A DNA stretch of 64,000 bases from Zygnema circumcarinatum SAG 698-1b (Eukaryota; Plantae; Zygnematophyceae), in contig CM074805.1 in NCBI GenBank assembly GCA_037447605.1, positions 2,947,361 to 3,011,360 of the forward strand, given 5' to 3'. A model generated the notes under the pieces. It worked only from the letters and a program-made list of their open reading frames with translations, had not been told where the DNA came from and ran no database searches. Position numbers and translations under genes: made by a program. Below are positions 12,211 through 25,023 of this stretch, in pieces (position 1 is the first letter of the stretch; each line of letters starts with the position of its first letter).

Positions 12211-13009
12211 GGAAAATGATACAACCGCCCCACTTTTTGGATATCCGCGCCCCCTTTCGGGAAAATTTGTACTTTCATATTGGCTAATCACGCCCCCCCC
12301 CCTTGGATCTTTCGGGAGGAGAGATCTTGTAGACAATCGGACCCCGCGCCTCGCGCGCAGGATCCGACCGTGCACCGACGTACGGCAGCCGGTTTCGGTT
12401 TTAAATTTTAGATAGCCTCAGATGTTACCTAAGCAAACTTTCATGATTGTTGTGTAAATTATATTTTTATCAATAATAACTTGAGCCTTAAAGTGTTTTT
12501 CAGGCTAAATTTTATTACAGAATAATTTAATGGTTTTTTGTAAGAATAATTCATCTAAAAGGGATTTAACTTATAGTAAATTTTCAGTGCCAAAAAAGCT
12601 GATGTGATATAAGCCTTAAAATTTTCAATACATACGGTTAGGAACTACCATTTAGAGCTGTGGAAGGTGTCAATTTCGGCTTGGGAACAGGCTGAAATTT
12701 TAAAGCAGGCGGTTGCAATACTTTGATAACTCTTAAATAATTCAAGGCAAGTAAAAAGCAATTTTTTGAATCCTTACCGGTAATATCAATAAAATCTATT
12801 GCAAAAGCAGCTTCCGGCTGCCTTGAATCGCGCCGCCGTACGTCGGTGCACGGTCGGATCCTGCGCGCGAGGCGCGGGGTCCGATTGTCTACAAGATCTC
12901 TCCTCCCGAAAGATCCAAGGGGGGGGGCGTGATTAGCCAATATGAAAGTACAAATTTTCCCGGAAGGGGGCTCGGATATCCAAAAAGTGGGGCGGCTGTA
13001 TCATTTTCC
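12211..13009. mobile_element. Mutator-like foldback MITE (family B) with TIRs of about 175 bp
   Basis: Near-identical inverted arms 12211-12386 and 12835-13009 beginning GGAAAATGATAC, an AT-rich spacer, and poly-T on both flanks (compatible with an 8-bp T-run TSD). Confidence 0.85.
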
Positions 13010-13235
13010 TTTTTTTTCTGAACACCGATTCCGAATACTTTTTCGTTTTGAACAGCCCAAATCTTGAACTGTTCAAAATTCAAACCTATCTACAGTCAGC
13101 AGTCCTCATATTTTCCACCCTGTACAGTGCGTCCCCAAGAAATTCGCCCCGATTTTGCCAAAACCAACTTTTTGTACGGTAACTCTGCGTTAGCCGTACT
13201 ACCCGTACTATTCGTACATCTAAAACCCTAAAACC

Positions 13236-14241
13236 TGTAGCACAAAGATAAGTGGGGTTGAAAGGAGACTGCTGAGCTAGTTGCAGGTGCTGTACGGCCA
13301 CTCGCGCGTCCGTGCTGAAATTGATGAAGGGTTGGGTTGGTTCTGTGGGTCTGCCTGCAGCATAGAGCCAGGATCCGGGAGATTCAGAGGTACGCGCAGC
13401 GGAAGACGTAGGGATCCTGAAGATGTTCCCACCGGCGGCTGAACCCGATGCGCAAAGAGCCCTTCCTTGGGGGCTCTCCTCCCCTGTCCTCTCTTCGGCT
13501 AGTCTCTTAGCTAGGCTTCTAGTTATCATTGGTCATTGGGAGGAATGTAAGGCAGGATAGAACAAGATGGTAGCTTGGCATAGTGACAGCAAAGGGAAAA
13601 CAGGACTCAACCTAGATAAAGGTTGTATTTTGGAAAGTCACCCCAGCCAGCGGTTGGCCGGGGATTGTCATTACAATGAAAGTATCTTCTCACTGAAATC
13701 TTTGTCTGGCTGGGCTGAATGGGACGTCTGAATGCTATCAGCAAGAAGACTCTTTCTCTCTCTCTCTCTCTCTATCTATGGCATGGAACTCTCTCTCTCT
13801 CTCACACTTAGCATCTGTTGCTGGTCTTGAAGAGGAAGAAGAGAAGAACAAGACAACAAACCACACAGCAAATACAAATACTAAGCCCAGCGCTAAAAGA
13901 CAAACTAGCATCACTGACATCCCATCTACTTCTAACTGTTATGCAATCTTGAGTCTTAGTAGGGACAGTCTCTGATTGGCCAACTGCCCACTGAGAGGCC
14001 TGACTGACTACGTGGAGACTTCTGATAGGTCAACAAACGACAATCGGCGGCATTATGCGGCGCTTCCGAGTGCGCCTTGCTGGATGGTGTGCCGTTCCGT
14101 GGGCCGCCAACGCATGGCGCCGCCTTCTCTCAATCTCCGTTGGCAGCTCCTGGATTCCGCTGATCCGTGACACGGAAGAGGCATATGTCAAGTACAATTG
14201 AACTGACGCAAATCCGTCGAACGCAGCTCCGTTACGCTACA
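13236..14241 (-). mobile_element. Solo LTR of the same gypsy family
   Basis: TGTAGC...GCTACA termini, AACC duplicated on both flanks (13232-13235, 14242-14245), diverged homology to 10946-11972. Confidence 0.9.
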
Positions 14242-14554
14242 AACCCTAAAAACCCTAAAAACCGTAGTATCCGTACTAGCCGTACTAGCCGTCCTATCCG
14301 TACTTGCTGTACTAGCCGTTACGGGCTTCAGCAAAACTCACCGAATCTCCCCGCACGTGCCGCCGTAAGAGGCGCTCGCTCCTCTTTCCTCCTTCTTGGC
14401 TTCAATACGATACGATATGATACGATACTTAACGGTACGGTACGATATGGTACGGTAGGATACGTACGGTCCAACATGAACTCTAACATAATACCGCCCG
14501 TCTATTGGTAACACGAACCTTCTATTTGCAAAAATCAATATTTTCGCCTCATAT

Positions 14555-15222
14555 GGGTAACTCTACTGCACCCCCGCGTTTTGTCTTTCGCACCCCCCTT
14601 TTGAAAATTTTTCCTGCCCGTTTTGGTTACCCCCCCAACTTTGAATATTTCGGGAAAAAATATTTTTCCCGCCCCTCCCGTCCCCTCCGCTCCCCCCCTC
14701 CCTTGCCCTGTCCTCTCCTCCCCTCCCCTCCCCTCCTCTCCCCTCGGTTCCCCTCCCCTGCCCTATCTTCCCCGGCCCTCCCCTCCCACCCGCTCCCCTC
14801 CCCTCCCCTCCCTTCCCCTCCCCTCCCCTGCCCTCCCTTGCCCTCCCCTCCTCGTCTCTCCTCTTCTCGGTTTGCAATGTCCATAAAAATGCTACCAACT
14901 GAGTATGAGACCCGCGATGAGCTCGTACAAGTCGAAAAAATGTTCCAATTGCAAGCAAGCAGGCCACAACTTAAGATCTTGCCTTAATTAGGGGGTCTAT
15001 GATCCCAACCTGAAAACAGAGAGTAACAGTTGCCCAACATTGGTGACCTTTTGCAGCTGCGTTTAAGGCTGCGTTTTTTGTGCTTAAGCTTAGTTAGTTT
15101 AGTTTTTTGCTCCTAGTTTTTTTATTTTGTGCTTGGTTCATTAGCGACCAATTCCTTGTGNNNNNNNNNNTTTCAAAAGGGGGGTGCGAAAGACAAAACG
15201 CGGGGGTGCAGTAGAGTTACCC
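14555..15222. mobile_element. Mutator-like MITE (family A) with long TIRs and 8-bp TSD; contains a gap
   Basis: TIR GGGTAACTCTACTGCACCCCCGCG... visible for over 50 bp at both ends. Perfect TSD CCTCATAT at 14547-14554 and 15223-15230. Confidence 0.85.
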
Positions 15223-16088
15223 CCTCATATTTGCCAAAACCATGGCGAAAATATGAGGACTGTTGACTGTACCTATTAGTAGAGGTAGTAGGGTACGGTA
15301 CGGTACTACCGTACTCTCGGACATCACGATCCGTGTGCAATGGAGTATCCCGTAGAAAGTGACTCCAGTAATACTGAACAGACATCGCCCGTTGGATACG
15401 GTATTGTCGTGTCTCATATGCCCTACCGTTGCAGCTTACGTCAAGCTCGTCACCTTTCCTGACATTTCCCAACTTTGCTGACGAAATATGTGGGTCGCGC
15501 TTGATTCCTCGAGGCGGCCCCAGGTCTCTCGCCGAACCCAGACCTACCGGACTAGCAGGAGAGTTACTAGCGCTGTTGCGGCGCCATGCCGTGGGAAAAT
15601 TTGACATGCGCAGTGTTGTTCACGGGGCATGCATCACTACTACGCCACCTCCATCATCGCTCCATGGCGCTCACCCCCCCCCCCACCGTTGCGACAGGAA
15701 GCGACCCCTGCCTTCACTGAACGAGGTGACACGATTCGCTTCCCTATAATATGTTTCTCATACACTGCAACGAAACACACGTTATGTGACTGCAAAAAGA
15801 CTAGTCCATGACACCACAGCGCGCATCCGTTGACAATGGGGATACGGACCTTCATCGCACCATATAGAAACTTGCTCAAGCCGAAGTGTACAACTCCACG
15901 ACTGCTAATGAAGAAACACACCAGAAATTGATACTGAAAAGCACACGGTCCTTCTGCTGACAATAACGCCTACCGACAACTCGATTTGGAAAATCTTCGT
16001 ATCCACCAAGATTTGCCGTAGAAAAATAGAGAGACTGAAACAATAGAGAGTCTGCACACTTTGACAGGAAGGTTTGCAATTCTGGCGT

Positions 16089-16282
16089 TCAAGCCACTCT
16101 GACGAGGCTTCGTACTGTTAATCCACAACACTTTTTCCACTTCTTTCCGGAGCCGCAGGCGCACACTTCATTGCGTCCCTGCTTCGCTTTAAAAGGGAAC
16201 GCCTCCGAGCGATCCACCGTCCTGACTGTGCGCGTTCGTGCCGCAGGTTTGCCTGCTGAGTCGCCTGCTTTCTCGCCATCCT
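16089..16282 (-). CDS. Putative terminal exon encoding a SEC-C-type zinc-binding motif
   Basis: GRNEVCACGSGKKWKKCCG at 16122-16178, versus the SEC-C consensus GRNDPCPCGSGKKYKKCCG. Preceded by an acceptor-like TTTCTTTCATGCAG. Confidence 0.6.
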
Positions 16283-16482
16283 CTGCATGAAAGAAAGTGA
16301 CATTATTTCTCGTCAAATCCTGCGCAAGCATCCTCCCACGTGCCTACCCCGCTCGTGAACCACTTCTATCATTCAGAGCCTCCAAGTGACCTTTCTTATC
16401 CTCTTCTCATAGCTCTCTTCTTGACCTCTGCACGAAGAATTCAATTTTAGCCGCTGCCAATTAGGTGCCCCGGGGTATCCTG

Positions 16483-19400
16483 TTATTTTGTTGCTTCAAC
16501 CGCTAAGAAGGACACTTGGCTTAAGTTCTTCTTCCTTAAACTGCAGGACCCAGAGACAACACCTTCAGCATCCTGAGGCGACTCTTTCGGTTCCATGTTG
16601 TTTATGGAACCCACTAAAATATAAGGGAGTTTGGAAAACATACCATCTAGCCCATTTGAGGAAGATTCGGCCGCAGGTCGCTTCAAGAAACCTGGAACGA
16701 CGGCAGGCTTAGGGGTCCTTGTCCTCAGTTTGTTCTCCTGAGAGTTGGATTTCGAATGGGAGTCACGCACTGATGGCCCTAGACTTGGATACGAGTCTGG
16801 AAGTAATCGTGATTCCTTAGGGATGGATGAAACAGTGAACATGGTCGCAACTTCAGGCACCGGCCCTCTTGTGGATCCATTAAGGTCCGGATTAGAAGAT
16901 ACGAAACCAGTTGACGCACTGGCTGATGCGAACACATCAAAAGCCTCACGAGGCGCTTGCGTTTGATCAGGTCGGAAAGAGTCCAAGGAAAAGCTATCTT
17001 CAGAACTCTTCACTGCTGTAAACGAATGGAAATTGTCTGAGTCAGGGCTCGCTACGTTCGCGCCCTCACGCACTTGAGGACCTGAGCATAGATCTGTTCT
17101 CTCAACCTCTTCACAAACCTCCTTTGACCCGATACCTAGCTCTCCCGTTAAACAAGTATTAGATATTTCCTTCGATGCCGCTGCCCCATCCATAACTCGA
17201 AGGTCATGTGACTGCCCCTTCAGACCCTCCCAGTTCACTGCTCCCAAGGCGGCACTGCCAATTGTTTGTCTGACTTCCCATTCGTCTGCCAACTGAGTTA
17301 TCTCCGCCGCTGCCCTCAAAGATACCTCCACGTCAGTCTCAACATCACCTCCACCACGTCCTAAGCAGTGGTTATCACTTCCTTCGCCCAAGCTCGTCTC
17401 AGCACGCTCCACTATCTTCTCAAGCAATCTCCCATTCCCTGTAGCTGCTCTTTCACGTCCTATGCCTTCCTCTCCTCCATTGTAGAAACTCGGTCCAACC
17501 AACGCATCCTCTGAATCCAAGGATATATGATGCAAGTCATCCTCAACTCTACTACAGCAGACATCAAAGTCCTCGTGGTTTCCTAGCCTATCGTCTGAGC
17601 CATCATTCCCCAATTCAGCCGCATTTTCAGTAGCTTCTTCCGCGTTCATTCTAAGTCGAACTCCTCCTTCCTCCATCTCTGAGATCATCAACTTCTGTTC
17701 AACCACTAGCCCCTCCACCACCTCTGTACCATTCGGTGTAACAGACATGCAGAGAACGTTACTCTGGTCTCCAGATGCAAAGCCCTCCCCCCCGCAAGCC
17801 AGTTCATCCATAAAAAAATTCCTGCCTGATACGCTATCCCCTTCGTTTACAGGTCCAGTCCTTGGACATTGTTGTTCTATTGAAGAGTCCGCCTCATCTA
17901 CTATGCTAACGGCCTCATCCACTCCTACTTCTCCACCTTCCAACCTTGCAGTTAGCGTTTCTCTTTCCGCCGTCAAAGGAGCTGCTCTTGCCTCGCTTCT
18001 GCACTCCAAAGTCCACGATAAAACCACTCCCAATAGAGAGCATATTAAGCAGTGAGCCACATTTACAGGGAGACATTGCAGCTGCTCAACACGTCAGACA
18101 CGCTTTGAACATGGGCACCTTACATTTATCGTAGAAAGGTGCTTTGTAATAAGCAAAAATTCCTAAACTACGCATTGATGTGGAGATTTCTGCAAAAAGC
18201 GCATGGCTTCCACCATGTGTGCAGCCACGGCCATACCTCGCGTAGAAGAGAAGGTACGGCCTTTGCTCCAGAACTGTCTCTAGACTTGTTTCCACGACCT
18301 GCAAAAGCAATACAATAGCAAGAAGAGACCACCTTAAAATACAGGTTTCACTTACGGGCGTACGAGCAGGACATCGGTCACTTAAATAATTGCATTCTCA
18401 AAGCTGCCTAGTATTTTCTGATAGCTCAGGAAAAAAAAAAAAAACCAGATACTCCCGGCTTCCTGTCTCCTCCTCACCTTGCAGTCGTCCACTTTGAACC
18501 AATTCCCAGAGGAATCCTTTACAAAACATACGTAATGACCAAAAAAAGACGAATTGAACATGTCCAGATGAACCACAACTGCATACAGATCGTATACAGG
18601 CTCGCCTTTCCTCGATTGCGGTTGGCCACTCAAGTACGGTCCCATATGGAGTTTCATAGGAAAAGTGACTTTCTTGTTAAGCTTTCCAAACCTGCCTGCC
18701 TGCACACAAAGAATCGTGACATGGACAACATAAAAGTTCATCAATGCGCTTCTAAAAAATGCAATGTAAGGTAAGGCTACGTAGACAAAAGCGGGCATAA
18801 AGGTCTACAAAATGCGTTCAACCATGAAACGCGGATACAGTCAACCCGTGAGAGGAGCAGGAAGGTGTGAAGCGGAGGCCCATCAGTATAACAACATGAA
18901 AAGAGGACAACCTAAACACAGAGGCGGAGTTTGGAAAATGGATGAACTAGATGGACCGTTCCAAAACCTCCTTTCTAGCCTTTCTCAAAAGACAACGAAG
19001 ATCCCAGCACGCATGAACACACCTGAAACCTTTTCAAGGCAATCATCAAAACGTTTGGTGCCACTTCGATAGCGAGCCTTTTGCCTGCCCTTACATAACG
19101 TTTGCATCTGGTTCCCTCCCACCTTGACACAGGTTATGTACTGCTCGAGCATTACAGAGATGTCTCAATACTCCAATGGTTGCCAACGCTTCATTTTTAA
19201 CCCAGCTTCAGCTTAACTCACCCTGATTTGAGATAGTTGTCAAACAAAAGTAAGCATGTGCGAGCTGTTCAATCAGCCAGAGTGGACAGGGTTAAGGTAG
19301 CGTGTCTCCAAAAAATTCCAAATCAACAGCTCGCTAGTCATAAGCAGGAGATTATTTGATGAAAGGCAAAATCACATTTCTCTCTGAACACTGTCATTCA

Positions 19401-22400
19401 GAAACTCCAGCTTTCTATACCTGTCACATTTGTACTTGTTGTCTCCATCCAACCACTCGGGCAAAGTGAAGCGCTGAAGCGCCTCCTCCAGCGATGAAAT
19501 GGGCCCGTCCACCTCCACGGCTATGTCCAGCACGCTCTCGTACCGCACCGACTCGTGGCGGCAGCTCAAACACTGAACCTGCACACCAAACAAACGGCCA
19601 GCTGACGACAACGGATGAAACAAAGTCATGAAGAGGGGGCAAAGCAAAACATTGATCATCTGAAACATTTCATGCCATCGTGAGGATTCACGAGTCTCAG
19701 GCGCGCGTGACAGATTACGGCGATTGAGGGAACTGCAAGAATGATTACCTGAGACTTCAAGACCCCTCCGAAAACATGGTGAACAAAGCTTGTTTCTTGT
19801 GTGGCTATATCCAGATTCTTCTCCCCTCCTGCTGCTTCCAGACATACGTTCTGCATGGCGTCCACGGCAAACCTGAAAAGCAAGAAGCATCTGGCCTATG
19901 ATGGCAGTCCATTTCAATGTTTGCTTTGGCAGTAATCATCACCAACTGCCAGTAGTTAAGGAAGGTCCTTGAGAAATGACGATCATAGAATTTAAATTCC
20001 AAGGAACAAGCTAGGCATAAGGTCCGGCTGAGGTCCTCGACCGTCCAAAAATTTGAAATCACACAACGTTCAGGGAACAAACACAACCAATATGAATGAG
20101 AGCCTGGGCACTTGCCCTTGAATTCCAGCTCAAATACACTCACAAAAGTCCGCATAGTGACATTCTGTAGATTGCAAATTAAAGGAAACAATATTCATAC
20201 ATTCCAGATAAACTGTTTTTTGAATGACGTGCTATGTTTGCTCTCACCTCATGAACTCGTGCGCATCCTCCTGTCGTCCATTTCCAAGATGACTGCCACT
20301 TTTCTGCAGGCCATTGAGGACACGGGCTGCCGAAAACGATGCTCTATGTGCTCCTTCCCTCCGGACCTGCTGCACATGCGCCTGCAGTTCACACAAAATG
20401 CAGGTCCTACGCCTCCTACCTGCAAAACTCCACTCCCCAACTGGTCAGGAATGAGGGGCACAATATATGTGGATACCAGATATCCATGTATCACATTTAA
20501 AGCACTCCATAGCGAAAACTGCAAAGACTAATCAATCATCGAATTCTGGTGCCTCAACATGGTGCATTGCAAAACAATACACCATGTTGACGTATACACC
20601 GTGTTGTTGTTGCTTTTGCCGATCGTCACTTTCCGGGTCAATAACTTACAGGATGCAGTATGGGCTCCATGCAGCAGGTACGCTGCCAAAGGACGCGTGT
20701 AAGTCAGGCACTGGAGCACCGCATTCGCGAAGCAGCTGCACCCAACCTCATGCAGCAACAAATACGTAGCCCAACACGAACTTCAGGGCCCAATTGCTTT
20801 ACTTTCATACACTAGGATAAATAAGCGCCACAATAGCAATGCTCTCCTTCAGTTTGACTAGTAGAATCAAAACTCCTTAGCTCTTCGCTCCATGATAACC
20901 CTTGAGATTCGAAAATTTACACCAGAAACCTTCAGGCCAAAAGACGGAGAAACCTGACATCCAATTAAGTCAAGATATGCACATGTCCATGCACAATGAA
21001 GCATGCTATTCGTCTTGGCTGCCCTAGCCCGATTCAGAAGAATACGCTTAAAGATGGCAATGCCGGTATCCTCGATAAATTAAAAAAAAATGCCACCTGA
21101 CTTTCCTAAATTAGCAGAACCAGCACCGGCTAGGATTCTCTGTTATGTAGATGTCTGCCTTCTTAAGGATGGCCTGCTTGTGGCCTCCCAAGTTCTCCAC
21201 TATCACGAAAAATCTAAAACAATAGTAGATTGAGAAAAAGGCTCCTTTATACGGGTTCAACCTTGACTTTCTCAAAACGCATGAAATCTTTGCCGCTTCG
21301 AAAAGGGATCGTGGATCCACCTATTCTACGTGGATCCACCGTGCTGTGAGCAAAAGATTTGCCTCACGAATGATGTTCTGTATACTTAATGCTAGGTAAA
21401 GAACAGCCATTTCAAGCATGGCACCTCTTGGAAAAAGCAGGGTGCTTCCGGGATGTTTAGTTGTGCAAAACTGATACTGGCTACCCAACTGTGCAACGTA
21501 ACTTACTGCCGATCACACACTCTGCTTACCCTTCCTGTGATTTTTTTTTTCCTTTTTTTGGTTAATTACTGAAGAAAGTCAAACTTCCAGATATGGTGCA
21601 AATCTTCCAACTGAGAACAGAACTCGGGGCAACATTTCGCACTAGAGCTACTTATTACTGATGCCATGTTCACAACCACTTCCTACATTGCCTTTGGTTA
21701 CGCTGCCTTTTTAGCGTTATCCAACAGCATTTTCTAGAATGCATGGCCATCAAAGCAGTTGGCGTTTTTGCTAAATCCCGATGGCAGCAATAGAAGTTTA
21801 ACAGATGAACGGCATGTGGTGCTTCACAACGTTAAATAACTCCATCAAACGAGAACTACTTACAAGAAATCGAAAGCATAATGCCTTAAGCACATACCGC
21901 CCATAGTCAATACAACTGCTTGAAAGCTAGTATTTCTGAACACTTGGTACTAAAGACGATAGAAATAAAAATTTCTGGACTGAATGCAATAAACGACAAC
22001 TCAAACCCTAAATGGATTTCAATTTCGCACGTATGACAGCGAACGAGGAAACCGGCAGCTTAACATGAGAGCTTGCACCACGCATCATGACGATGTGCAT
22101 GCAAGTCTTAGACTTGCAGCCTCCAGAATTCAAGAATCTTGAATCTTTGATTGAAGGTGTGAAGGACATTTCCTAAAGCCAGAACATTATTGACATTAGG
22201 CGCGCTATACTATATCTAGATACCTTGTTGGTGTCAACTGGAATGTATGTTTCTTCCTCAGTTAGCATGCTAAATCAGCTAGCATACTGTGTCCGTCACA
22301 TTACAGCACAACAGTATGAGAACTGTATGCATGTTATCGCGCGTCTAAGCAGGCAACTGCACTATTGTAAACAGGAACAAAAACAGCTACTTATAGCTGG

Positions 22401-23719
22401 TGCTCAATAATGTTTCGAGATGACTCTCACCTGTTCCCGTTATTGATAAGCCCAGCCGGCGGCTGATCCAGTGCATCCCACCTGTAGAACTCCAAAAATG
22501 CATCGTATGGAAACAGAATCTGTACCAGTCATTCCAGAAACACCATGGCCTTCTCCTGAAACATAAGCAATGTCCTTTGGCCTATTAACTTTAAACGCAG
22601 TAGGCGACAGGTATTTGCAACCACTCCAGCAAAGGGAAAATGGTCAAACACCTTTGGAAAAAAGAGATCCATTTAAGAGAGGGTGCTGGAACTTAAGACA
22701 TGGCTGACTTTAACCATGGAGGCCAAGCAGGAATAGCAGCCCAGAATGATTCCCCGCAAACACTTCAACGACCAAGAAAAGCCAAACTGGAATGTCAAAC
22801 ATGGCTTATTTAAGCATCCCCTTACCTGCTTTGGCAAAGCGACGCTTCCCTCTGAGGTCAGAGGTGGTTGCAGCTGCTGACGTGAGTCAGTTGAGAAAGC
22901 AACACCTCCTTCCACTTGTTTTGCATGTCCTTGCTTGCTACTTCCTGAACAAGTTTTCGATGAGCACTCGCCCTTGTGGCCTTCACACCAATGCTTGCGC
23001 TGACAGACTGCAGAACTGCTCCCAATACCTCGCAAAGAAAAAAAAAACAATCAGTCAGGCTGAAAAAAAATGAAAAGTAAGCCAGTGAAACTCACGTCAT
23101 ACTCAAAGACCTCAGCAACTCCAGAGCACTAATGATAAAGGAGGTCACTGCGAAGGCTCGAATTCGGCTCTGCCACTAATTCAAAGACAAATCAAGACTA
23201 ACATGCTCAGAATAGGTGACGACAGGACAAAGCACTGACAAAGTTGCTCGTAGCGAAAAACGAGAGAGCAACACAAAGGAGGGGGGGGGGGAAGAACATT
23301 TACCAGTAACTGACCACCTTGCAGCGCGAGCATCGCAACTTTGTTGGACCTTTGCAAACAAAACAATCATTTATTCCATACTGCAGCCGGGAATGCGTAC
23401 TTTCTTCAGAATCTCCTGAAAAGTAAGTGATGCCCAGGGACTTAGATACACAGGAAACGCCGACGTCCACCATGGTGCGCCAACTCCTACCTCCAAGCAG
23501 CTCGTTCCTCGGTGGACGAACAGAGAAGCTTGTTGTGGAGGGCCAAAGGACCGGAAAGACTCGCCAGAATAGATAGAGCGCGAGAAAGGAGCAAGCAAAT
23601 GCTATGAGCGTGTCTAGAGTGACGACTGGAGCTAAGGACGCAGACAGCTGAAAGAGGTGCATTCGAACACGGTGTGGCAGACGGCGACGTGTGAGATCAA
23701 ACGCAGGGAAGAGAGCCAC
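16483..23719 (-). CDS. Ubiquitin-specific protease, UBP15/16-type (N-terminal hydrophobic segment, MYND finger, USP domain, long low-complexity tail)
   Basis: MYND CFVCKGPTKLRCSRCK...CQRKHW...HKGEC; Cys box PAGLINNGNS/CFANAVLQCL; GRQEDAHEF; His box LYAVVVHLD...GHYVCFVK...WFKVDD; YLLFY. GT-AG introns. The 3' end is uncertain. Confidence 0.92.
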
Positions 23720-25023
23720 AGAGCTTCGAACGCCGGCTCATGGCGGCGAGGGGCACTGCATCGCCGTCCGACACAGGGGCTGGCAGACTTTTCTTCTACT
23801 TTTTGAAAATTCCCGCATGTGATGATGCCTGTCCATCATCGCCATCATCCACCGCATGCAGCATCAACATCGTGCAGATTGCCCTAAACAAGTAAAAGCA
23901 GCAACAGTAGTGCTGATGCAAAGTGGAGTGTCTACATAACCTTATGGACTCGTGGAGCATAATGATGGATCATCAGGCCTCCTCAAATAAGGGACATCCC
24001 TTAAACATCGTAAATAGGTTATTCAATGAGACAACGTGACATTAGTTTTTGGGATTTAACCTTAAATACCATAAAAGTCCTAAAAAAGACCCTTTTTATG
24101 GTTAAAAAACGTAAAATGAATTGGCGTTGCACTCGCGATGGCGATGTCATCATATGTACATGAACTTTACTTGTGGGCTTAACAACATGGCTAACATTGA
24201 TCGTGAGAACAATGGCACATCTTTCGTTCATTCTAATGCCAATTGCCGTTTGGCTTCAGTTTGATGTTGGTGCTCTGCTTCTGAATGACTTCCCTATTCA
24301 AGACTTTCTGACGTTCTAATCATTGCGTGTTACTGTACTGCAGGGGTCCATATTATCCTGTGACTTCACATACGCAGCTGCTGGGACTGCGCAGGGCATC
24401 AAACAGACAAACAAAAAGCAGGCGGATTTCAGCACCACGGTGCCATTTTCATCAGCTTTAACGATGGAAAAAAGGAATTAACCCTCAGCATAGCCTCGTT
24501 AGAGTAGTGAAAATGCCCGAACTTAGAAACTTGGAAAGATTGCACAACAGGAGGTTACAAAAACTTGCAATCTGAATTCAAACAAAGCAAGAAGAAAGAA
24601 AGCACTACTGGCCCTGCGGCGGTGCCAGTAAAGCCCCAAAAGCAGGGTCTTAAGTTGCCTGCCAGCGGGGTGAGTACCAAAGAAGCCGGATCAGAAGGCT
24701 GGCCAATTGCCTGTTCGAACATCTTACCTTAACCATAATTGTCTCAAGAAGAAAAAACAAGAAGAAACCACCACCAGCAGCGCTGGTAACATAGAATGCA
24801 CGAACGACGAGGCGCGAATCCTAGAACACAAGTGAGGCATGTGAACGTAAACCAAAGAGAAATCTTGCTTGGTTGCAGCGTGGAACCTCGGGACAGTATT
24901 GCGCCAGTTCTATTTACATTTTATGCCCTGCTTACTGACAAAAAATAGACAATTTATACATAATAACGTTGAGTTACCAGTCAGGTATTCAGCTCGAGCA
25001 ACAGCAAAGCGTCGAGACTCGCT

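Larger units (their letters stand above)
13093..15269 (+). mobile_element. Tc1/mariner-like MITE (about 490 bp core) carrying two nested insertions
   Basis: TA flanks at 13091-13092 and 15270-15271. 23-bp TIR CAGTCA(G/A)CAGTCCTCATATTTTC with 1 mismatch. The core matches 39932-40406 in reverse orientation. Confidence 0.85.

Noticed and set aside
10946-14241. Apparent 3.3-kb giant palindrome centred near 12610
   Set aside because: It resolves into independent elements: a 3' LTR, an oppositely oriented solo LTR with its own TSD, and a foldback MITE with its own TSD between them.
24560-24800. GT-AG intron-like segment on the minus strand between IVD and the UBP gene
   Set aside because: No coherent ORF results from splicing; may be UTR exons of a neighbouring gene.
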